A stretch of DNA of 34,355 nt from Prasinococcaceae sp. CCMP 1430 (Eukaryota; Plantae; Prasinodermophyta), in assembly GCA_013416795.1 (NCBI GenBank), contig RQSC01000978.1, positions 1 to 34,355 of the forward strand, in the 5' to 3' direction. Numbering within the stretch: the stretch's first letter is position 1; each line of letters begins with the position of its first letter. This document shows positions 19,455-28,723 of this stretch, in pieces. The notes under the pieces were generated by a model that saw nothing but the letters and a program-made list of their open reading frames with translations, was not told the origin of the DNA and ran no database searches. The position numbers and the translations under genes were made by a program.

Positions 19455-20020
19455 GGAATGCCGACCGCGCGAGCGCGCGGCGTCCGGTGCGCGCAGTGTG
19501 GCCTCACCGCCTGCGCGCCAGGCATCAGGCCGCGCGCGTGCGGCATCCACACCCCAGTGCCGCCCAGCAGCGGCGAGGTGGCGCCTGGGGTGGTGGAAAC
19601 GACGCCTCGCGCTTCCTTTCCCCTCGGCTCTTTGGTCCCACTCGAAGAAGTGACCTTTCGTTCGAGATGCCCCTTCGAAAATGTTGATTTCGGAAAGATC
19701 CATCAAAACGCATTCAGCGCAGACCACACCCGCGCGGCAGCGCGCGCCACAAGCGGCGCGCGCGCGGCGACGGCGAGGAAGGGGGGGGGGGAGGGGGTGC
19801 ACCGAGCACTGCGAGGTGCGAGTGCTTCGCCTGAGGGACATGCGTGGCTCCGCCGCCGCGCGTGCGGGTCGCGGGGTGCGCGGAGAGCCACCACTGCGCG
19901 TGAGCACATACAATGCATGTTTGCCCGAGCGTGGCCACCGTGGCGCGCCGCGCGCGCTCCCGGGCGAAGTGTACAAATTTGAAGAAAGAATACAACAGGG
20001 CGGTGCTCGGCTGGGCTGCC

Positions 20021-21305
20021 TCACACCCTCGTATGGCGCGCGTGCTTGCGCTTCACGTCGTCGTCCGCGCCTGACGCGAGCAATTTCAGAATAGGCCTCG
20101 GCCCGCCGGTGACCACACGCCCCGGGGTGTACATGTCGTGAATAGAGTGCATGAACGCACACGCGAGGTTGCCGCACGCGCGCTGCGAGTCGACCGCGGT
20201 ACCCACCAGGTCAACTTCTCGCAACGCGTCCAAGCCGGCTGCGGGCAATCCAGCGGGATCTCTCTCCGATCCGCGAACGCCGCACAGCGCGCGGACGGCG
20301 GCATCGCCAACTCCCCCGCAGCCGCGCAAGGAGAGTACCTCGAGGCCGCCACAGCCCGCGGCCAGCGCGGCGATGCCTGTGTCGGACACCAGCAATCCGT
20401 CCAGGCGCGCGCTGGCAACGTGCCGCGACAAGGCCATTCGCGCGCGCGCGCGCGCGCATAGGTATGGGTCAGCCAGCGTGACAGCAGGTGTGGTGCGCAC
20501 ATTGGCGCGTGCGCGCGGAGGGCATGCGCACAGGGAGCGGGGCGCGCCAGTCCGGGCGCTTACCTCGCGAGGACAAGGCAGCGCTCACTCAGCGCCACAC
20601 ACACGCCATCGCCCAGGCGCGCGCACCGCGCGAGTACCACTGCGCGTAGCGACGGCAGCGATGCCAGCGCGGCCACCAGACCGCGCGTGGTGAGCCGCGC
20701 GTTGTCGGAGAGGTCGAGAGAGGTCAGGCCGACATTCGCGCAGGCGACGCGTGTCACGTGGTCATCGCTGAGATTGAGGTGCGCCGCCCCGAGCCTGCGC
20801 AGCCGCGGCATCGGCGCCTCGGTGAGGTACTTGACGAGCTTGGAGTGCGTGATGCCCGTGTCGGAGACGTCCAGCGCTTGCAGGCGAGAGCGTAGCGCTC
20901 GGCACGCGCGCTTGGCGAACAAATCGCTGACACCGCGGCACTGGCGCACAGAGAGCGACGACAGGCAGGGTAGCGCGAGCAGCGCGGGCAGGACCTGTTG
21001 CGTCGTGTGCCGCGCGCGCATCAGCAAAGGCCAGTGTGCGACCAGCCGAAGCGGCCTGCAGCAGAGCGCCGTAGCTGCCGCCCGCGCCGCACCTGTAGCC
21101 CAAGCGCGGGCGTATTGTCCAGCAGCACCGAGCTCGTATCACGCTTGTCGAGCGCGTTGAGCTTGTCGGCGATCTCCCCTGCGCTCGCGGCCGTGCCCCC
21201 CGCGCGCTTCAGCCCGTCGCGCTCAACGGCGCGGTCTGCCGCGTCTGCCGCCGCGAGCGCTGCGCGCACGACGCCCAGCCGCGCGCACGTGCCCCCCGCC
21301 GCCGC
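20021..21305 (-). CDS. Leucine-rich repeat protein (cysteine-containing, F-box/LRR or AMN1-like), 5'-partial. Exons >21305-21093, 20994-20564, 20411-20021
   Basis: LRRs LQALDVSDTGIT, LTSLDLSDNARLT, LRAVVLARCARLGD, LEVLSLRGCGGVGD and LREVDLVGTAV. Introns 21092-20995 (CAG|GTGCGG...CAG) and 20563-20412 (AG|GTAAG...CTGAC...CAG) restore the frame. The C-terminus is less certain. Confidence 0.72.
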
Positions 21306-21753
21306 NNNNNNNNNNNNNNNNNNNNNNNNNNNNNNNNNNNNNNNNNNNNNNNNNNNNNNNNNNNNNNNNNNNNNNNNNNNNNNNNNNNNNNNNNNNNNNN
21401 NNNNNNNNNNNNNNNNNNNNNNNNNNNNNNNNNNNNNNNNNNNNNNNNNNNNNNNNNNNNNNNNNNNNNNNNNNNNNNNNNNNNNNNNNNNNNNNNNNNN
21501 NNNNNNNNNNNNNNNNNNNNNNNNNNNNNNNNNNNNNNNNNNNNNNNNNNNNNNNNNNNNNNNNNNNNNNNNNNNNNNNNNNNNNNNNNNNNNNNNNNNN
21601 NNNNNNNNNNNNNNNNNNNNNNNNNNNNNNNNNNNNNNNNNNNNNNNNNNNNNNNNNNNNNNNNNNNNNNNNNNNNNNNNNNNNNNNNNNNNNNNNNNNN
21701 NNNNNNNNNNNNNNNNNNNNNNNNNNNNNNNNNNNNNNNNNNNNNNNNNNNNN
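21306..21753. other. Assembly gap (N run)
   Basis: Uninterrupted Ns. Confidence 0.99.
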
Positions 21754-21754
21754 C

Positions 21755-23614
21755 GCGTCAGCGTCGCCTGCCGAGGCCGCCGCGGTGGTGGACGCGCTCG
21801 CGACCGCGGCCGCGCCGCGGCTGGTCGCGCTCGAAGACACGGAGCTTGCGGCAGCGGCGGCGCAGCTCGCGGGAAGCAATGCCCGCAGCGTCGCAGCGGC
21901 AGAGGTGGTCGGGCGCGAGCTTGAGACGCGCGCGCAGCGGCTCGCGGCAGGGCCGCTGGCGGACCTCGCCTGCGCTGCTGCGGCGCTCAGCACGCGCTCC
22001 GGACGCGACGCGCGCAGTGCACTGGCCGCCGCAGCCGATGCGGCGCCTGCGGCGCTCGCGCGTGCTACAGATGCGCACGCCGCCGCGAATTTGGCCCTGA
22101 GACTCGCAGAGGCGGGAGCACTCGACGCGCGCGCGCTCGAGGGGGCGTACAGAGTGGCGACGGGGGCGCTGAGCGCGGCGACGCTCGCCGAGCTCCCGGG
22201 TCTGTCTGCGCGGCTGGCGCGCGCCGCCGCCGCAGTATGTGGCGGCGAGCGCGCGCATAACACCTCGGCTGTCGCTCTCGCTTTCGATCGAGCGCTCGCG
22301 AACGAAGTTGAGGCGCGGTCGGGCGGGGCGGAGCTGGACGAGCTGCTCGCGTTCGCCTCACGCGCACAGGCGGCCGGCGCGCAGGGCGACCCGCTCGTCG
22401 CCGCCGCGGGCCGCGGCTGCAGTGCTGGCGTAGGTGGCGGAGGCGCGCTCCCGGGTGCCGATGCAAAGTCCGCCAAGCAGCTCGCACGTGCGGCCAGGGA
22501 TCTGCGCGCGGCCGGCTTCCCCGCGGCGATGCTTCGGCCTCTGGCGGCGACGGCCATGGCGAAAGTGCCCGATATCGACAACTTCACGCAGGCGGGTGAG
22601 GCAGCGTTCCAGTTTGCGGCGGCGGGTGTTGGAGACTTCGCGCTGTTCGCCGCGCTCCAGGAGGCCGCTGCGGCGGCGATGGAAACGGCGCCGCGGCGAG
22701 CCTTGCGACCGAAGACTGTGGCACACTGCGCCTCGCTCATGGCGGCTGCCGGCTGCGCACCCAACGCGCGCTATCAGGAAGCGCTGCTCGACGCCGCGCG
22801 GTCCGCGCTCGCGCGGGGTGGGGCCTCTGCCAGCGACGCCGAGGTGCTCGCGGCTGTCGTCGATGGAGAGGGCCGCTTAAGCGCGTTCCATCCCTCTGCG
22901 CTCGTTCTACTGTGGCGATGGCAGAAGCTGCTGCCCAAGCCAGACACGGCGGAGGCGAGCGCGCCGCGGGCAGCAGCCGCTGTCGACTTCGCGGACTCGT
23001 CCCTGCCGCTCTGCGTCGATCTCGGATGTGGCCTGGGGTCGTTCGTTCTGGGCGGCGCCGCGGCTGACGATGACGGCGCCCGCAACTGGCTAGGCATTGA
23101 CGCGAGCGCGGTTGCCATCGACCGCGCGCGCGGCGCGGCGGCGCGCATGGGCCTCGCGCCGCGTGCTCGATTCGCGGTGGGCGACGCCGCCGACACGCTC
23201 GCCGCCGTGGCGTCCGACTATCCGGGCGAGGTGTCGCTGTGCTGCATTCACTTTCCGACACCCTTTCGCACCGCGGAGGACAATCGCGGCGGCGAGGCCT
23301 CACTCGACACGCAGGTGCACGGTGGCGGAGCGTTCATGGTCCAGCCCGCGCTCGCAGAGGAAGTCGTAGCGGCGCTGGCGCCTGGCGGCGGTGTGGCGCT
23401 CAAGAGCAACTCGCGGGACGTCCTCGAGGCCATGCGCGACGAGGTCCTCGCCGCCGCCACACGTCGAGGCGAGCGCCTCGTGTCCGAGAGCTGGCCCGCG
23501 GTGCCCCCCCTCGCTGGCGATCGCCTCGCCGAGACCGACGCTGCGAGCGCCGCCGCTGGTCGCGACGTGCACCGCGCCTACCTCGCCAAAGCGTCGCGGC
23601 TGGGGCTGCATTAG
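21755..23614 (+). CDS. Class I SAM-dependent methyltransferase (TrmB-like) C-terminal domain fused to a long Ala-rich helical region; 5'-partial
   Basis: VDLGCGLGSF (motif I), WLGIDAS, FAVGDA, IHFPTPF and LAPGGGVALKSN occur in TrmB order; stop TAG at 23612-23614. Confidence 0.7.
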   Translation, partial: ASASPAEAAAVVDALATAAAPRLVALEDTELAAAAAQLAGSNARSVAAAEVVGRELETRAQRLAAGPLADLACAAAALSTRSGRDARSALAAAADAAPAALARATDAHAAANLALRLAEAGALDARALEGAYRVATGALSAATLAELPGLSARLARAAAAVCGGERAHNTSAVALAFDRALANEVEARSGGAELDELLAFASRAQAAGAQGDPLVAAAGRGCSAGVGGGGALPGADAKSAKQLARAARDLRAAGFPAAMLRPLAATAMAKVPDIDNFTQAGEAAFQFAAAGVGDFALFAALQEAAAAAMETAPRRALRPKTVAHCASLMAAAGCAPNARYQEALLDAARSALARGGASASDAEVLAAVVDGEGRLSAFHPSALVLLWRWQKLLPKPDTAEASAPRAAAAVDFADSSLPLCVDLGCGLGSFVLGGAAADDDGARNWLGIDASAVAIDRARGAAARMGLAPRARFAVGDAADTLAAVASDYPGEVSLCCIHFPTPFRTAEDNRGGEASLDTQVHGGGAFMVQPALAEEVVAALAPGGGVALKSNSRDVLEAMRDEVLAAATRRGERLVSESWPAVPPLAGDRLAETDAASAAAGRDVHRAYLAKASRLGLH

Positions 23615-24201
23615 CGTGGCCTCCTAGGCGTAAACATGTCCTGCCCCTGCCGTCGTCATGGTTGCGAATTTCGGTGTATGTGTGATTTAATATTATTCCG
23701 TACTTTAATCACAATTATTACAATTGATTGCATCGAAAATGACGGAATATTATTTGTGCCGCGCGACCGTCGCGCGACGCTCCCTGAAAAAGAGGCGCTG
23801 CTGCAGCAGGGGACAGGGGGTCTCGTCGAGGGGTGGGGAATGCAGGGAGGGGGGTTGGGGAGGGAGCAGCCGGGAGCACGCGGGCTGGCTGGAGCGCCAC
23901 ACAGTGCGCTCGTCGCATGGGCTCGTCTCTCGGTGCGCGCCAGCGAGCGCGGGTGCCGCGGAGCTTGGCGCCGCGAGCGCCTGCGTGCGCGCGCGGCAGA
24001 AAGGGAAAGTGCGCGACGCGTGCTGAGGGAGGGAGGGCACGTGTGTTGGGTGAAAGGCGCAAAGCGGCCTACGCAGCTCGCTGGGGTGGCCCTTTGTGGC
24101 GTGCGGTAGCGGAGAGGAGGGGGAGAGCCTAGGACAGAGCGAGAGGAGGGGTCGGCTGGCAGCTGCCGCAACTCAGGTGTTGCTCACCTTTCGCAGGTGG
24201 G

Positions 24202-24218
24202 ACACACACACACACCGT

Positions 24219-24242
<24 letters not shown>
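24202..24242 (+). repeat. (AC)n and (GA)12 microsatellites upstream of the kinase gene
   Basis: Read directly from the sequence. Confidence 0.85.
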
Positions 24243-24249
<7 letters not shown>

Positions 24250-24314
24250 AGGAAGGGAGAGAGACAGAAACAGACAGAAAGAGTGAGACCGCTCGCACGC
24301 GCGAGGTGGCGATC

Positions 24315-25778
24315 ATGGGCTCAGGCGGAGACAGCTTACGGGAAGCCGGGTCATCTGACCGCGTGTTCGCGCTCCCGGGCGCTCTGTGGGCCGTCCTGCG
24401 CAATGGCGTGCGTGGCGGCGCCTTGCGCGAGCACGACGTGCTGGCTCACAAGGCCAAGGGCCAAGACGGCGCACCGCCCGCGCTGAAGCGCGCAGTGTCC
24501 ACGGTGGTATCGGTGAATTTGGCGGAGGGCCAAGAGAGCGACGAACGCGCAGCGGATCTGACCAGGCGCCTCTCTCGTGCGCTGAGTCGCGCGCCTTCGG
24601 TCGCCCCGGAAGTCCCACGCCTGATGGCAGACGTGACAGCCGCCTTCATCGAGGGCGCGCTGCGTGAGAGCGGGGCGCTGCCGGTGGGTGTGTCCGTCAA
24701 GGAGATCGACATACAGCCCATGGCCCTCAACGGTTTCCTTTCGGACGTCGGCCGCGCGTACATCACCTACGAGTGCAGCGAAGACTGCGACGCCGGTGAG
24801 ACGCGGACGCCTCCCAGCGTCATCGTCAAGCTGTGCACGGCGTCCGAGGAGGTGCTCGAGGCCGCCAAGGCCAACAGTCTGTATCGCATGGAGGCGGAGT
24901 TCTTCCTCAAGTTTGCAGAGACCTGTGCTGTTGGAGCACCGCACTGCTTCTGCGCGCTGGAGGATGATAGAGGAGGGCACGGTGCTCTGGTTTTGGAGGA
25001 CCTCGAGTTGCGCCCCACGCTGTATTGTGTCTCGCAGGTGAAGGGCATCGGCCGCCGCGAGGCCGTGTGCATGGCCGAGGCCATGGGGGCATTGCATGCC
25101 CAGCACTGGAGCCCAGAGGGCCGCGCTGGGATGCCCGAGTGGCTGAGCCATGTGTGCGACATCAGCATCCGCGATCCGGACAACAAGAAGTGCGCGCCGA
25201 TCTACCTCCAAAGCAAGTTTGTCGACCCTGCCAGCTGCGAGGCGCGCGGCGTGGGAGGCGAGACGCTCGCCGCCGCCCGCCGCGTGATGGAGCGCGGCGC
25301 CGAGCTCAAGGCCGCGCTGTCGGGGCCCGGCCCGTGCACGTTGCTGCACAACGACGCCCGCTGCGACAACGTGTTTTGGGGCGATGAAGGAGGCGTGCCA
25401 GGCGGCGTCGTGTTCCTGGACTGGCAGCTCTTGGGGTGTGGGCCCGGCCCCATCGACCTCGCGTGGGCGACGACCAACTCCATCACGGATGCGCCGCCCA
25501 GCGAGGCGCGCGACAGGGTCTATGTGATCAAGTACTGGGAGAGCTTGACGTCGCGTGGTGTGGACAAGAGGAGCTATCCCTTCGAGGCCTGCTGGCGGGA
25601 CTACCTCCTCGGAGTCGCATGGTCCTATGCGTTCCTGACGCACCTCGCCGCCCTTGGCAACGCCGAGGAGATGCTCGAGAATGAGCTCTGCCGCAAAATT
25701 CATGACCGCTGCATGACAGCCGTCGCTGCGCTCGGCGTCCACGAAATTGCCTACGAGCGCATCGTCGGATCGACGTAG
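24315..25778 (+). CDS. Ecdysteroid-kinase-like (EcKL) / APH-choline kinase fold small-molecule phosphotransferase, about 487 aa
   Basis: Motifs SVIVKL, YRMEAEFF, LVLEDL, LLHNDARCDNVFW (catalytic HxD...N), VFLDWQ and GPIDLA; probable ATG at 24315. Confidence 0.8.
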   Translation: MGSGGDSLREAGSSDRVFALPGALWAVLRNGVRGGALREHDVLAHKAKGQDGAPPALKRAVSTVVSVNLAEGQESDERAADLTRRLSRALSRAPSVAPEVPRLMADVTAAFIEGALRESGALPVGVSVKEIDIQPMALNGFLSDVGRAYITYECSEDCDAGETRTPPSVIVKLCTASEEVLEAAKANSLYRMEAEFFLKFAETCAVGAPHCFCALEDDRGGHGALVLEDLELRPTLYCVSQVKGIGRREAVCMAEAMGALHAQHWSPEGRAGMPEWLSHVCDISIRDPDNKKCAPIYLQSKFVDPASCEARGVGGETLAAARRVMERGAELKAALSGPGPCTLLHNDARCDNVFWGDEGGVPGGVVFLDWQLLGCGPGPIDLAWATTNSITDAPPSEARDRVYVIKYWESLTSRGVDKRSYPFEACWRDYLLGVAWSYAFLTHLAALGNAEEMLENELCRKIHDRCMTAVAALGVHEIAYERIVGST

Positions 25779-25928
25779 CGCCCCCTTCAAGAGTCGCTGC
25801 ATCACGCCCCGTGCGCGATCATCGACACGCGACACCAGTGCGCAGTAATACTTCGCTAGTCCTACAGTACAACATCAGATTGCAACACTACTGTAAAACA
25901 GTTGTGTTGGTGCAAATCAATGGACTGT

Positions 25929-27986
25929 CTATCCAACGCGAGCAGACACGGTCGCTAGCGCGTGAAAGACGAGCTGGTGCATGCGGGTGCGCTCGCAAAT
26001 TCTGTCCATCGTGCCAGGCCCCTCGTTGGCGGTGTGGTTCGTGTCAGCTTGTGGCGGGGCTGCGTGCGCAGCGCCGTCGCCGTGACGGAGGAAGTTTTCG
26101 AGTTCCTGCTGCGCCGAGGCAGTGCCGCGCGCGACGTTGTGCGCGCCGCCCCTGAGCCCGCTGCTCACACCCCACTCACGGGCGAGCGCACTCAGATACG
26201 CGGCTGAGCGCTCGTCCCACCCACCGTGCGATGATGCACCCAGCGCGTCAGCGTCCTCGTCGCTGGCGCCCGAGAGCAGCACGAGAAACGTGTCAACAGT
26301 CTCCAGCAGGGACCACAGCGTGGCCATTGCGTCTGCACGGGTCACCGGTGTCGCTGCGAGCTTTGTAGACACGTGACCCCAACGCCAGAATTCGCCATCC
26401 GGGTACCCAGGAGCGCTCGTAGACAAGTCGGAGGCGCACAGCAGAGGCGGCCCCCAACCGTGCCCTTCTCGAGAGTCAGAATTCCAATCCTCCTCATGGA
26501 GCTGCTTGCCGCCGTGCAGCACGAACTCTGAGTCCACGCACGTGTTGAGCACGCTCTGCGGAAAGCTCGCGCTGCCAAAGTAGCGAAGTGCGAGCTCATC
26601 GCCGAAGTGTGGTTCGTGCTCGAGGAAGGCCCTCAGCAAGCCAAGCGAAGCTGTCCGCATGTGCGTCGAGTTCATTGGGAGCGGCCCAGGTTGGTCGTCG
26701 TCAGTGGTAGCACTACTCTTGGCATCAGACAGTCGCCTGCGGCCGCTGGTGCTTGGGAGCCGACCTGAGCTCGGCGCCCGCTGGCTGAGGTTTGGCGAGG
26801 AGACGTCGGCGACGACGGCCACGGCATCTCCAGCTGCCCCAGAAGGCACTCGAGCTATCATCGGTGCAAGCGACGCATTGGCGCGCACTAAGTCTGCGAC
26901 AGCCAGCTCGGCCGCGGAGTGCGGTCCCTGGCCGCTCATGAGCGAGGATTGGCCCCCGCAGCACACTGCGTGCTCCACCTGTGAAACGTAGTGCGATATG
27001 CTTTCACGGACATTGGCCACGACCTCGAAGGAGCAGCCCCATCTCTCATACTTCGCCCGAACGCGCTCCACGGTCACGGCCATTGCCTGCAGTGGCGCCG
27101 CGCCGACGTGGAAGCGCAAAACTCGCGTCTCTGTGCGCTCGCCCGGGGCGAGGGCGGTTGCCTCGGACATGCGGCGCAGCTCGGCGGCGGGCATGGCATT
27201 CTGCAGGGCATAGCCACCAGATTGTCCGCTGCGGTGCAGGGCGTCGAGCGGGAGCACGCTGCGCAAGGTCTCGCTTTCCCAAGGCGAGTACGACACGATG
27301 GCGCCGCGATTTGCCGCCCTGCCAATCAAACCGGCGACAGAAGTGCCGCCGGCTTTGGGCGCGTGGAAGAAGATAATTTTGCGGCACTGAGAGTGCACAG
27401 ACGACGCGCCCTTACCCTGGGCGGCCAATGCCGCCCCCCGCGCCTCCCGGGTGGCCACCGCCCGAGCAGCGACTCTTGAGAACAGCTCGACACGACCTTT
27501 GTCGGGGCTGTTCGTGTCGATGCAGTGGCGCAAATACGGTTGCGAGCTCGCACCGGGATAGGCACTCAAAGCCTCGAGCGTTGGCGCGGCGGTCTTGCCT
27601 ACGGCTTTGTCGTTGCTCCTGTTGGTGTCTTTGTCTTGCCCGCGCGTGTCAATGTCATCAGTCGACGAGGTCGACGCATTGTTGAGCTGCTCAGCAATCC
27701 GAGGCTGCGACTCTGCTGTTTCGGCGCCCAACAGCCAGTCCCTCGCGCGTTCCTCGGCACTCAGAGCGCCGTCGGCACGGATGATGCGCGTAGCCAAGCT
27801 GCGCTCCTCAGCAGAGCCTCTTCGCCCCCCCTGAGGCGGGAGCGCTGCCGGCTGCCCCGCTGCCAGTGCTGTTGTGGCCTGCCTCGCCCGTTGCACCGCG
27901 CCGTAGCTCGCCGCCCCCACGAGCGCGAGCACCACCGCCGCCACACCCGCGAGCGCGCTGCCCGGCCGCACGCGCAGCAGCACCAT
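25929..27986 (-). CDS. Type II membrane sulfotransferase-like protein; start may lie further upstream in the ORF to 28211
   Basis: N-terminal hydrophobic anchor LAGVAAVVLALVGAASYGAV, PAPS 5'-phosphosulfate motif IFFHAPKAGGTSV, and a 3'-phosphate-binding-like ANVRESISHYVSQ. Confidence 0.7.
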   Translation of the reverse strand: MVLLRVRPGSALAGVAAVVLALVGAASYGAVQRARQATTALAAGQPAALPPQGGRRGSAEERSLATRIIRADGALSAEERARDWLLGAETAESQPRIAEQLNNASTSSTDDIDTRGQDKDTNRSNDKAVGKTAAPTLEALSAYPGASSQPYLRHCIDTNSPDKGRVELFSRVAARAVATREARGAALAAQGKGASSVHSQCRKIIFFHAPKAGGTSVAGLIGRAANRGAIVSYSPWESETLRSVLPLDALHRSGQSGGYALQNAMPAAELRRMSEATALAPGERTETRVLRFHVGAAPLQAMAVTVERVRAKYERWGCSFEVVANVRESISHYVSQVEHAVCCGGQSSLMSGQGPHSAAELAVADLVRANASLAPMIARVPSGAAGDAVAVVADVSSPNLSQRAPSSGRLPSTSGRRRLSDAKSSATTDDDQPGPLPMNSTHMRTASLGLLRAFLEHEPHFGDELALRYFGSASFPQSVLNTCVDSEFVLHGGKQLHEEDWNSDSREGHGWGPPLLCASDLSTSAPGYPDGEFWRWGHVSTKLAATPVTRADAMATLWSLLETVDTFLVLLSGASDEDADALGASSHGGWDERSAAYLSALAREWGVSSGLRGGAHNVARGTASAQQELENFLRHGDGAAHAAPPQADTNHTANEGPGTMDRICERTRMHQLVFHALATVSARVG

Positions 27987-28723
27987 CGCCGCCGCAGCTC
28001 GCGGCCACCCCCGGCCGCAGCCACCCCCTTTCCCCCCCCCCTTGGCGAACGCGCTGGCGAGGACTGCCGCCCGCCCGCGCGCGCGCTCTGGCGCGCCCGG
28101 CATCAAGTCCCGAGCGCGCGCGCGGGTCGTTTTCGAACGCTCCGCCATCAAAACGAATCCGTCCAGAGGGGAATCCCCGAGGTACACTCTCCCGTGGGTA
28201 CCCCAAGTCACATCACTGGTACAGTATCAATGCACAGAATGGCAGACTGCATTTTCGCAGCTTTTTTTTTTGACGTGGAAAGCGTCGGGTTGTACTGGCA
28301 TCACTTTGCATTACTTTTTCGCGCGCGTGGAGAGAAACGCGCGCAGCTGAAATCTGAATCGCCTCCCGTCCAAGCTCATTCGGCACTCGAAGCATCCCGA
28401 AGCTGCGTTTTGTACGTGATTTTTGTCCTTGTTGCGGATGCCTTTTTGGGCGTGTTTTTTTTGGCCCGGGTCGCCTTCGCCAGCGCCCTGTCAGCCAGCC
28501 GGCGTGCCGGCGGCGCGCGGAGGCGCCACTGCGCCGCAGCGCGACGAGCGCACCCATCGACTCCGCTCCGCCACGCCCCACGTCACTCAACCTGCCGGGC
28601 GCGAGCCTCGGCGGGCAGGGGGCGCGCGCACGCGGGGGACGTCCTTGACGTGCCCGAATGGGGCGCGCCCGCCAGCAGCGGCGGCGGCGGCTTGTTGTCT
28701 CGCGGGTTATTTTTGTGCCGGTG

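Noticed and set aside
19454-20177. Upstream part of the 436-aa ORF 18867-20177 as part of the DUF3291-like protein
   Set aside because: It overlaps the LRR gene's last exon in another frame and crosses low-complexity intergenic sequence. The family-like sequence only begins near 19454-19430.
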